Shown here: positions 8,415 through 17,393 of the stretch, piece by piece
Numbering within the stretch: position 1 is the stretch's first letter
Layout of the letters: each line of letters starts with the position of its first letter
Assembly: GCA_048886305.1 (NCBI GenBank)
Contig: JBHLKV010000004.1
Coordinates: 1 to 43,540 of the forward strand
Length of the DNA: 43,540 nt
Origin: Candidatus Hodarchaeota archaeon
GTDB lineage: Archaea; Asgardarchaeota; Lokiarchaeia; Sigyniarchaeales; SOKP01
Reading direction: 5' to 3'
The notes under the pieces: generated by a model
The model's database searches: none
Seen by the model: only the letters and a program-made list of their open reading frames with translations
Told to the model about the DNA's origin: nothing
Made by a program: the position numbers and the translations under genes

Positions 8415-9536
8415 TTAGGCGAGAAAATTTAGTTCTGCTCTTGAATTTAGCTCTTCCAATACTTTATTATATTCAGAACTTCTTTCTTCAAAATATTCGA
8501 TTACTTTTCTTTCATCAGTATCTAAGTAATCATAATAGGGAAATATTACCTCTATACGTTTAGAAAAATCATTCATTAATCGTTCGTACCATTCATTAGG
8601 TTTTTTCAACAAATTTTGGACTTTTTTTCGCAGTTTTTCTTTTCGTATTTCATATTTTTCTTGCTCATTATTTTCGATTAACTTATCTAATTCATCATAA
8701 ATATCGGATATTACATTCTCTAATTTTTCCCTAAATTTAGGAATTCGATATGATTTTTTGAAAAAAGCAGGATCCCATTCATATAGATAACGTTCATCCT
8801 CTCCAGCCTCTTGTTCATCGTCAGTTACTATTATATCTTCTCTGGGTACTAAAATTAATCCAAAATTTCTTTGTAATTGAGCCAATGCTTTCTTACGGAG
8901 AATTTCATCAATATAATTGATCTCATCTATTACTTTATCCATGTTTTTATTGATTTTTTCCACTTCTTTTTCAGAATTTTTGAGCATTACTTCTTTCTTT
9001 AACTCATATTTCAATTCGATAAGATTATAAGTAGAAGAAATGCCCCTATGTGGGTCCTTTAATCTTAACCCTGCTATTCCTAAATAATGTGCATCTGATT
9101 TTGTTTCACAATGATCAAAGACTAATCCAAGAGCATACGGATTCGGGATTTGGTAACCTAATTGAGTCATACAGTCAATTGGAGAATAAAAAAAACCAAA
9201 ACCAGGATGTGTGTGCCACCAACCAATTATAAAGTCATTTCTTCTATCTTGAATAGATCTTTCAAAGACGGAGGCATCTATCTGTGCCATATCAACGTAT
9301 TGTTTATTTTCATATTTTACTCCTGCTCTATCTCCAACTACCATTGGAATTGCATCTTTTACTATAACTTCAGCTTCATTTTCTATTGATCCTATTAAAA
9401 TACCATATACTTCTCGCCATTTACTCTCATCTAAACGATCATTTGCATATCTTATAGCATAACCATAAATTTTTCTATATGCTTTATATGTCAAACGAGC
9501 AGGTGAATAGTAAGGATCAATCTTTTTCTTTTTCAT
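8415..9536 (-). CDS. MPN+/JAMM metalloisopeptidase (Rpn11/CSN5-like) with helical C-terminus
   Basis: EVYGILIG and IIGWWHTHPGFGFFYSPIDCMTQ give an intact E...HxH-x7-SxxD motif. Confidence 0.88.
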   Translation of the reverse strand: MKKKKIDPYYSPARLTYKAYRKIYGYAIRYANDRLDESKWREVYGILIGSIENEAEVIVKDAIPMVVGDRAGVKYENKQYVDMAQIDASVFERSIQDRRNDFIIGWWHTHPGFGFFYSPIDCMTQLGYQIPNPYALGLVFDHCETKSDAHYLGIAGLRLKDPHRGISSTYNLIELKYELKKEVMLKNSEKEVEKINKNMDKVIDEINYIDEILRKKALAQLQRNFGLILVPREDIIVTDDEQEAGEDERYLYEWDPAFFKKSYRIPKFREKLENVISDIYDELDKLIENNEQEKYEIRKEKLRKKVQNLLKKPNEWYERLMNDFSKRIEVIFPYYDYLDTDERKVIEYFEERSSEYNKVLEELNSRAELNFLA

Positions 9537-9648
9537 TATTTCTTTTTTTTTTAAAACTTTATTTCTTATTCTATATAGAATTTAAATAAAGATTTCATAT
9601 ATAAATTGTTTTAATGTAAAAAATCTTTTTAAAAAAAAGAGTTTAGAC

Positions 9649-10194
9649 ATGAAAAGAGTTGTAGCTATTTGCGGTCTTCCCGGTGCTGGTAAAAGTACAG
9701 CGATAGATGCTATAAAAAATTTAGGATCTGTTATAATAATGGGTGATATTATTAGAAATGAGGCAAAGAAAAATAACCTTGAACCTACAAGTGAAAATTT
9801 AGGTAAAATTGCCAAGGAATTAAGAATAAAATACGGTCCTAATATTATTGCTGAAAAATGTGTAGAGTTAATAAAGAATCAATCTAATGACATAATATTT
9901 ATTGATGGATTGAGATCTATGGCTGAGGTAAAGGTTTTTCGAAAACACTGGAAATTCCCTATAATTGCAATTGCTCTAGAAGAGAAAGCACGATTTAAAA
10001 GACTTTTTGAAAGAGCTCGAAGTGATGATCCAAAAAATATTGATGATTTGAAAGGGAGAGACAAAAGAGAAATTGAATTTGGTCTTGAAGAGGTTTTAGA
10101 TAATGCGGATTACACCATTAAAAATGATTCAACGAGAGAAGATCTTAAAGAAAGAATTAGAAAATTAGTTTTAGATTTAATTCATAATTATTAA
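9649..10194 (+). CDS. UPF0200 / dephospho-CoA kinase-like P-loop kinase
   Basis: GLPGAGKST Walker A, MGDIIR, IDGLRS..E, RDKREIEFG. Confidence 0.8.
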   Translation: MKRVVAICGLPGAGKSTAIDAIKNLGSVIIMGDIIRNEAKKNNLEPTSENLGKIAKELRIKYGPNIIAEKCVELIKNQSNDIIFIDGLRSMAEVKVFRKHWKFPIIAIALEEKARFKRLFERARSDDPKNIDDLKGRDKREIEFGLEEVLDNADYTIKNDSTREDLKERIRKLVLDLIHNY

Positions 10195-10206
10195 GGAAAA
10201 GATATT

Positions 10207-11115
10207 CTATTTTAAATAATCTACAATTATTTTTGCTAAAGAAACTGTACTTACTTCATTGTCAATTGAGTCAGTACCAATTATTTTATCTGCGCCTGCT
10301 TTCAATATTCTATATTTAGCTTGATCTAACAATAATGCGTGCGTAGCTACAGCATAAATTCTATTGGCACCACTTTCTCTTGCTAATTTAATTGCTGTTG
10401 CCATAGTACCTCCTGTTGCAATAATATCGTCAGAAATGACAACATCTTTCCCTTTAAGACTCAACTTTCCTGACATCTTAATTTCACCAGTTTTAACATC
10501 TCTACTTTTCTCAAACATGTCAACAGGAATATTTTCTCCAAAATATTTTGCAAAAGCTTTTGATCTCTCAATTGCTCCTTTATCAGGTGATACCACAACG
10601 ATATCTTCTGCTCCAAGAGCCTTTATATTATCTGCTAGAAGCTTCATTGAGTCAATATTAATTGCTTTGCATGAGCATTCCTCTAAAACCATTGGAGCAT
10701 GAGCATCTACAGTATAAAATTCATCTATTCCTAAGGAATTAATAAGATGTATAATAACATTACCAAATTGAGTTTCTCCTGGCCGAAATATTTTATCTTG
10801 ACGAGCATACGCAAGATAGGGGACAACAACAATAATCTTTTCTGCTCCCATACGTTTAACAGAACTAATCATCATAAAAAGTTCCATTAATCTTGCATTT
10901 TGATTGTAGTTTGCACTAGGTCCCGTTGATTGTACAATAATAACTTCTTTTCCCGCAATTATAGTCTCATCTTCTATATTAATTCTTAGGTAGTTTTCCC
11001 CATCTGGAAATTTCTTAACTTCAGCATTTATTGCTTCGATTTCTAATTCTTTTGCGATCTTTACTCCAAGTAATTGAGATGCGGGTCCAACAATTAATAA
11101 ACGATTTCTTTCCAT
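10207..11115 (-). CDS. prs: Ribose-phosphate pyrophosphokinase
   Basis: KFPDGE, PYLAYARQDK, VSPDKGA, DDIIATGGTM. Confidence 0.95.
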   Translation of the reverse strand: MERNRLLIVGPASQLLGVKIAKELEIEAINAEVKKFPDGENYLRINIEDETIIAGKEVIIVQSTGPSANYNQNARLMELFMMISSVKRMGAEKIIVVVPYLAYARQDKIFRPGETQFGNVIIHLINSLGIDEFYTVDAHAPMVLEECSCKAINIDSMKLLADNIKALGAEDIVVVSPDKGAIERSKAFAKYFGENIPVDMFEKSRDVKTGEIKMSGKLSLKGKDVVISDDIIATGGTMATAIKLARESGANRIYAVATHALLLDQAKYRILKAGADKIIGTDSIDNEVSTVSLAKIIVDYLK

Positions 11116-11147
11116 TTCTCCTCACTAATTGTCAATTTAATTTTTCT

Positions 11148-11870
11148 TTATTCTAACTTTTTTAAAAATTCAAGAGAATATTTAAAAATTTCTTCTCGAT
11201 GACCTTTAAAAGAGTGTCCTCCACTATCAAACTCAATTGCATTTTCATCATTTAATCCAAGCTTTTCTTTTATTTGATGAAAATTATCAAAAGGGATTCT
11301 ATCATCATCCTTACAATGTGCAATTAATATTCTCTGATTTAAAGGATCTTCTCTTAAAAAATATTTAGGACTTATTTTTTTAATAATATCTTCTTGAAAA
11401 TTTACTGCAGTCGTATGATAATCATATCTAGTACAAAGAGCTATCAATTTCTTCGCTCTATGATCAATATAGCCGTTCGTTAGAATTATTGCGCCCCCCA
11501 TACTTCTGCCAAATAAAAATATTTGCTCTTCTAAAAGCCTATCGGACTGATTCTCAATAATCCAATCAAACACTAAGTGTATATCTGCAAATATTTGTAA
11601 TATCATTTTATACCATAATGAACCTGTCTGTTTTTTAGTTTCTCCATGAGCTCGATAATCATAGGATAAAACATAATATCCTGCCTTAGCAAATTTTTCA
11701 GAATGAGATTTTACAAATGGTGTTTCTCTATGATCCCATAAACCACCTAAGATTACAATAAAAGGAGCTTTTGAGGGAGTATCTAAAGTATAATATATTG
11801 ACCCTTTAAGAGCGATATTACCCGAATTTACCGGAATATCAATATTTTCGATTATTATCTCTCGCATCAT
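11148..11870 (-). CDS. Alpha/beta hydrolase
   Basis: DYRAHGE, nucleophile elbow GRSMGG, acid DDRIP, His GGHSF. Confidence 0.88.
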   Translation of the reverse strand: MMREIIIENIDIPVNSGNIALKGSIYYTLDTPSKAPFIVILGGLWDHRETPFVKSHSEKFAKAGYYVLSYDYRAHGETKKQTGSLWYKMILQIFADIHLVFDWIIENQSDRLLEEQIFLFGRSMGGAIILTNGYIDHRAKKLIALCTRYDYHTTAVNFQEDIIKKISPKYFLREDPLNQRILIAHCKDDDRIPFDNFHQIKEKLGLNDENAIEFDSGGHSFKGHREEIFKYSLEFLKKLE

Positions 11871-11879
11871 GAAAATAGA

Positions 11880-12320
11880 TTAGAATGTTCTATATTTATA
11901 TTTTTCAATTAATCTTCTTAAAGTTCTTATAGCAAGCTCGGCACAATGTTTATGGTCTTCTGGAAGACCATTTAAAGCCATATCTATATCTTTTTCTTTT
12001 AGGTTCTCAGCAAAATCTATGGATCTTCCTTCGATTAGCATAGTTGTTTGACTTCCACATGCAACAGTAGCACCACATCCATCAGTAATAAAATTAGCTT
12101 TTTCAATTTTATTATTTTTGATTTTTAAAAAAAATTGCATTGTATCACCACAAGGGCCTTCATAAGCATGACTTTTAGTTATTTCTTCATCAGGAGGTTT
12201 ACCCCAATTTCTTGGGCTATGGTATAAATCTATAATTGTCTCATTAAACTCCTTGAGTTCGTTTTCAATTATCTCTTTCTGAAGTTTATTAACAAATTCA
12301 TCAAATTCATCCCTAACCAT
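11880..12320 (-). CDS. IscU/NifU-like Fe-S scaffold protein
   Basis: PRNWG, PCGDTM, DGCGAT, HCAELA: three conserved Cys. Confidence 0.88.
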   Translation of the reverse strand: MVRDEFDEFVNKLQKEIIENELKEFNETIIDLYHSPRNWGKPPDEEITKSHAYEGPCGDTMQFFLKIKNNKIEKANFITDGCGATVACGSQTTMLIEGRSIDFAENLKEKDIDMALNGLPEDHKHCAELAIRTLRRLIEKYKYRTF

Positions 12321-12356
12321 AAGCTACTTATCCCTCTTGAATTTTAAAATAATAAT

Positions 12357-12635
12357 TTATTTTTCTGAATGTGATAATGTATGTTTTTCTAAACGTTTAG
12401 CATCCTCTGGATTATTTGTATACTTCTTAACTATCTCAATTATTTTTTCGTTTAATTCTTTATGTTCTGTTAGACAATTAGTTGTATTCAAAAATTCTTC
12501 TCCACGACGAATTACAGCAGTATTTTCTGTTACTTTAATTAATTCTGTTGCGATTACACCATTAATGTAGATTAAATCGGCAAGCATATTTTTAATATAT
12601 AGCAGTAGTGCAATTTGCTCTTTTGTGATAGACAT
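12357..12635 (-). CDS. Hypothetical protein
   Basis: ATG-started 92-aa ORF co-oriented with the iscU-hydrolase-prs run; no motif recognised. Confidence 0.65.
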   Translation of the reverse strand: MSITKEQIALLLYIKNMLADLIYINGVIATELIKVTENTAVIRRGEEFLNTTNCLTEHKELNEKIIEIVKKYTNNPEDAKRLEKHTLSHSEK

Positions 12636-12812
12636 AATTAGATAAAGTTTCCCTATAATAAAAATTACTGTTAAAAATTAAGATATAATTATTAGTAAAG
12701 ATAATTATTAATCAAAATTAAAGTTTTAATTGATAAATCAGATAAAGATAACAATTAAGGTGGAAATACTTTCGATTATAAAGACTTTCATGATGGGTTA
12801 TTTTCCTTAGGG

Positions 12813-13280
12813 TTGGTTTTAATTTTATTTTCACTAACTTTTATGGTAGGATCCATTCTTCTAAAACCCTATATTGCATTAGATCCTAATGATAGAGATT
12901 TTATAATAATTTTATGTCTCATCAATATTGTGTTTTGTATATATTACTTAATGGAAATTATTCGATTAGAAAAAGTATTTAAATTAGAGAATAAAAATAT
13001 TATCAGATTTGGCAAAAGATTAGGAATCGTCACCGTGCTTTATACTCCTCATTTCTTTTTCTTAATCTCACTGTTCTTTAAAGACTTACATAATTTAGAA
13101 ATAATGATGACTGTTCTGATCTCTCTTATAGAAGCTTTGCTAATTGGTGTAGCACTAAAGGAAGTTTATGATCTTGTATTCTTAGAAGAATCACAGAGAA
13201 ATTTTAAAATAGAAGAAAATCGAAAAAAATATATAGAAAAAGAAAAGAAACCAATAGCTGAGGAGATTGATGATTTCTAA
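12813..13280 (+). CDS. Hypothetical membrane protein (~4 TM)
   Basis: Hydrophobic segments and charged tail; TTG start, nearest in-frame stop at 12756. Confidence 0.65.
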   Translation: MVLILFSLTFMVGSILLKPYIALDPNDRDFIIILCLINIVFCIYYLMEIIRLEKVFKLENKNIIRFGKRLGIVTVLYTPHFFFLISLFFKDLHNLEIMMTVLISLIEALLIGVALKEVYDLVFLEESQRNFKIEENRKKYIEKEKKPIAEEIDDF

Positions 13281-13300
13281 TTACTTATAATTAGAGTGTT

Positions 13301-14533
13301 CTACTTTTTTGCTAGTTTTTCTATAGCAGATTCAATCATGTTTAATTTAATGGAGTATTTTTCCATCAGTTCAGCGAACTTATCAATACCTATTTCTTTA
13401 TTTTCTTTTAATAGTTTTAACTCGTTTATGGTTCTAACTATTGCTGCTCTCTTATCTGCTAATTGTTCACGTTTACTGTATGGTATTTTCTGTTCTAATT
13501 TTTTTCTCTGAAAAGATTTGAATCTCTTTATATTAAGGTCTTTTGGCACAAATTTTGTTAAATAAATTGTTGATTTTGGTACAAATGGGGCTAAATTCTC
13601 TGGAATTATTATTATAGGTTCTGGATCTTGGATTTTTTTAATATCTTCATACTCTAATTGTTCCACATCACTCTCTTTAAGATTTTCCTTCACTATTGAC
13701 AGATTTAAATCTATATTTTCTTTTTCTTCACTTGAAATTGAAAGATTTTGAACCATATTTTCCCAAATATCTTTTGCTTTTATAAAATACCAAAGTGCTT
13801 TTTGTTGCAGTTTTCTAACTTTCTCTTGATTTATGTCTGTTAGTGAGGATTCTAATGATGCTTTAGCTTTAAGAGAGCATGATTTTCCCATATCATAATG
13901 AAATTGTGCTCTTATTTGTTGTTTTTTTTTCTCTTCATGCTTTTTTAAATAGAATAAACGTTTTGATAAAGCAGAAAGTCCTGAATATAATTTTGAAGCA
14001 AAATATATATTATTATTTTTTTCTTCCTGTAAGGCTGAGATGCTTTGAGCTAAAATTCTAGCTTCCTCAGAATTTAATTCAAGATTATCAGAAGACAATG
14101 CTATGCCTTTTTCATTTTGATAAATAGCTGCTGCGGTAAAATATGCTGCAGTTTTATAAATCTTACTACATTCAGTCATAGCAACAATAGAATTTTCCCA
14201 TTCTTCATCTTCTTCAAATCTTTCGGAAAGTTGGGAGTAGGCTCTTGCCATAATCCATAATACTCTTCCACACTCAAACATTATATCTTGAATTTGAATT
14301 TCTCGATTCTCAATCGGATCATAAAAAACAGGAGTAATATCTAGTTCCTTTAAAATTCTTATATGGTTTTCACTCTCGTAGTTAATATTCAATATTTTAG
14401 TATATTCTTGAATATAATTTAGATCATCTAAATTAAAGCGTTCATCTTCTTTTTCTAATGCGTCTTCTATTTTTTTAATCGAGAAGTGAAGATACCTAAT
14501 ACGTTGCATTAGTTCATCTGGAAAAAAAGACAT
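13301..14533 (-). CDS. Probable Bro1-like domain protein with C-terminal steadiness-box-like helical hairpin
   Basis: FYDPI...DIMFECGRVLWIMARAYSQL resembles Bro1 F.WYD...SL.FEK..VLFN.AAL.SQ; ARILAQ and ASKL resemble LAQAQE and IAKL. C-terminal AIVRTINEL...EIGIDKF resembles the TSG101/Vps23 SB. By-eye comparison only. Confidence 0.55.
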   Translation of the reverse strand: MSFFPDELMQRIRYLHFSIKKIEDALEKEDERFNLDDLNYIQEYTKILNINYESENHIRILKELDITPVFYDPIENREIQIQDIMFECGRVLWIMARAYSQLSERFEEDEEWENSIVAMTECSKIYKTAAYFTAAAIYQNEKGIALSSDNLELNSEEARILAQSISALQEEKNNNIYFASKLYSGLSALSKRLFYLKKHEEKKKQQIRAQFHYDMGKSCSLKAKASLESSLTDINQEKVRKLQQKALWYFIKAKDIWENMVQNLSISSEEKENIDLNLSIVKENLKESDVEQLEYEDIKKIQDPEPIIIIPENLAPFVPKSTIYLTKFVPKDLNIKRFKSFQRKKLEQKIPYSKREQLADKRAAIVRTINELKLLKENKEIGIDKFAELMEKYSIKLNMIESAIEKLAKK

Positions 14534-14667
14534 AATAAATTCCTAAAGTTTTTTATTAAAGTTAGTTAAATAAGATAATTAAATCATCATTTTAAAACTA
14601 ATCTATAATAATATTTTTATGAGAACTTGATGTAGTGAACTCTAAAAATCATTAATGTACATAAATA

Positions 14668-15978
14668 ATGAATGAAAATTATGTTTTTATCTTTGAATTT
14701 GTATCCGGTGGTGGTTTTAATCAAGTTGATATACCCTCTTCCTTATTTTGTGAAGGATTTGGTATGTTAAGATCTATTATTGCTGATTTTAAAGCGTTGG
14801 ATTTCAATATTAGTACAATACTAGATTACCGAATCTACTTTTTATCAAATTTGTTGGAAGTGGATGTAATTCATAAAGTTGAAGCTAAAGAAAATTACCT
14901 CAATATTTTTAAGAATCAAGTTAGAAATTGTAAGTATATTTTTATAATTGCTCCAGAATCTTCGAATATCTTATATGAATTAACTGAAATCGCTAAAAAT
15001 TATAAAAAGATAATATTGAGTGTAGATTTAGAAGGCATTAAACTAGGTACATCAAAAATATTGACTTACAGTTTTTTCAAAAAAAATAAATTAAATACTC
15101 CAAAAACATATCTAATATCCATAAAGAATAAAAAACTTGATTTAGAATTCATTATACAAAAATTTAAAGAATTTAAATGCCCTATTATAATTAAACCTGA
15201 AGATGGGGTTGGAGCAGAATCGATTTATTATTTTGGAAGTGAAAATCAAATAAGAGAGTTCTTTCAAGGTTTGGATAATAGGTTTGAATATAATAGGCCC
15301 TATATACTTCAAGAATTTATTGATGGAAGAGATCTAAGTATTTCTTTAATCGGTAATTCATCCAATTTAAAATCTCAAATCACTTTTTTAAGTATTAATT
15401 CCCAAGATGTAGAAATAACCAACCTTAAAACTAAGTCTGAATATTTTGGAGGATATACACCACTGGAAGATCAAGAAGAAATACTAATTTATTTATCTGA
15501 AATATTTAATAAAATTAATCTATCCAAATTTACAGGGTATTATGGTATTGATTTCATACAAAAAAAAAATAGAATCCTTCATTTTTTGGAAATCAATCCA
15601 AGATTAACAACATCCTATATAGGACTTAGAAATGTGATTGACATTAATCCAGTTGAGCTAATAATAAATTCAAAATTAAATTCAATGACACCTGTAAAAT
15701 TAAAATATCATAGTCATTCAAATTTTTCTAGAGTAGAGCTCATTTATACTGGATCTAAATCAATTAACGAAATCAAAGAGTCATTATTACCAAAATTACT
15801 GATTATGATCTCTGAACTTGTTACTCCTCCAATTTCATTTAATGAATCAAAATTCTTTTCTTGTTTTCTCGCAACCAAAACAAAAGATTTTAAGTCGTCA
15901 ATAAAGAGATTGAATGATATTTTCAATACTTTAAAAAAATTTGATTTTAAAGTGCTTAAATCAAGGTTAATAAAATAA
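14668..15978 (+). CDS. ATP-grasp ligase, MfnD (tyramine--glutamate ligase)-like
   Basis: EFVSGGG...EGFGML N-terminus, IIAPE, IKPEDGVG, QEFIDG, EINPRLTTSYIGL. Confidence 0.7.
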   Translation: MNENYVFIFEFVSGGGFNQVDIPSSLFCEGFGMLRSIIADFKALDFNISTILDYRIYFLSNLLEVDVIHKVEAKENYLNIFKNQVRNCKYIFIIAPESSNILYELTEIAKNYKKIILSVDLEGIKLGTSKILTYSFFKKNKLNTPKTYLISIKNKKLDLEFIIQKFKEFKCPIIIKPEDGVGAESIYYFGSENQIREFFQGLDNRFEYNRPYILQEFIDGRDLSISLIGNSSNLKSQITFLSINSQDVEITNLKTKSEYFGGYTPLEDQEEILIYLSEIFNKINLSKFTGYYGIDFIQKKNRILHFLEINPRLTTSYIGLRNVIDINPVELIINSKLNSMTPVKLKYHSHSNFSRVELIYTGSKSINEIKESLLPKLLIMISELVTPPISFNESKFFSCFLATKTKDFKSSIKRLNDIFNTLKKFDFKVLKSRLIK

Positions 15979-16831
15979 TGGTAAAACCACCATAATGTAA
16001 TAATAGAGAAACACTCAAGGTCGTTTCGATTTTTAATCCTTTCTTTACACTCATACTATAGGATAAAAGCCATAATGACCAAACTTGAAAAATAATCATT
16101 AAGACTTTATCTAAAAAATTAATAATAGAAATATAAAAAATTTCAGTAAAAACAAAAATATAGTGTAGTAATAGATATAAAATAGTAGGGAAAAATATAA
16201 TTGCAAATGATACAAAAAAATATAACGTATTTTCATTTTTATCATAAACTAGACGAGAAATACCTTCAATAATAACAAAATATATTATAAAATTTAACAA
16301 AAAACTAAGCATTAAAAAAATTTGAAAGTTAAATTCTAAATTATTTTCATTAGTATCTATGAAAAATAGTAACAAGGGATAAAATTGGTTTAATCGACTT
16401 AGTATTGTCCCAATTATTAATATGCTAACTGAGATCAAAATTGTATATATTCTATCTTCTTTTGTAAATTGAATAAATCTTTTAGATGTTACACTTCTTA
16501 AAAAACGAGATTTAAATTCTCTAATTGCAAAACCTTTCTCTCTAATTAATTCAATATCATCTTTTAGAGAATTATAAGCATGAATACCTAGTTCTTTTAG
16601 ATAATATTTTTTATCTTCTTTTTGTTCGATTAATTCAGATAAAGTATCCAAATGATGATAAATTGTGCCCGTACTTACTCCTAATTCTTTTTTAAGCAGG
16701 GTAAATGAAGAAAATTCATTATCTCCAATTATTTTTATAATTTTTCTCCGTATTTCATGACCTAATGCGTAGTAAAAACGTCCTTCTACATCCTGACTAT
16801 CGTTTTGATTTGATTTTTCATTACTATCCAT
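15956..16831 (-). CDS. ArsR-like winged-HTH fused to multi-TM (Yip1-like) domain
   Basis: ALGHEIRRKII...SFTLLKKELGVSTGTIYHHLDTL wHTH followed by ~5 TM helices. Confidence 0.75.
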   Translation of the reverse strand: MDSNEKSNQNDSQDVEGRFYYALGHEIRRKIIKIIGDNEFSSFTLLKKELGVSTGTIYHHLDTLSELIEQKEDKKYYLKELGIHAYNSLKDDIELIREKGFAIREFKSRFLRSVTSKRFIQFTKEDRIYTILISVSILIIGTILSRLNQFYPLLLFFIDTNENNLEFNFQIFLMLSFLLNFIIYFVIIEGISRLVYDKNENTLYFFVSFAIIFFPTILYLLLHYIFVFTEIFYISIINFLDKVLMIIFQVWSLWLLSYSMSVKKGLKIETTLSVSLLLHYGGFTIILLTLI

Positions 16832-16846
16832 ATTGATCGTTAAATT

Positions 16847-17284
16847 TTATCCTGATTCTTTCTCCTTTGTTGATAATATATTTATTACATTAATTATAAT
16901 TAACAGAAAACCGGTTAAGAACATATAAAAACCAACTCCTGAACTCGAGATATAATCAATTTCTTGAGAGAGAAAATCGATTAAAAAAATTAATAGGAAC
17001 CCTATACCAACAGAAGTTAAAATTACTGATTTGATTCTGAGTTTAAAATCGTAGACAACAATAATGCAGGCAGCTAAAGAAATGATGCCACCTAAAATTG
17101 GAAATAAATAAAAAAAGGAATCTTCGATTTCAAATCTAGTAGCAATCACAAATCTGTCTACTAATGTGTAATTAGAAGTCCAATAAAAAAATTCAGATAA
17201 TATAAGTAATATTGAACCCGTGAGTCCGAAAATTATAAAATCCAAATTTTTTTTAAGCTTAATTTGAAATTTTACTTTCTCCAT
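16847..17284 (-). CDS. Hypothetical membrane protein (~4 TM)
   Basis: Four hydrophobic segments; 15 nt upstream of the HTH-TM gene. Confidence 0.7.
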   Translation of the reverse strand: MEKVKFQIKLKKNLDFIIFGLTGSILLILSEFFYWTSNYTLVDRFVIATRFEIEDSFFYLFPILGGIISLAACIIVVYDFKLRIKSVILTSVGIGFLLIFLIDFLSQEIDYISSSGVGFYMFLTGFLLIIINVINILSTKEKESG

Positions 17285-17393
17285 ATTGAAAAACTATAAA
17301 AATTCAAAAGGAATATAATAAAAATAAAATTTAGCAAATATATTTTTTTTTGAATTTTTTGATAAATAACGAATTACTATAATTTGAGTAAAA

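Noticed and set aside
9649-10194. FliE-like flagellar label sometimes attached to this family
   Set aside because: The sequence is a P-loop NMP/CoaE-type kinase with no flagellar features.
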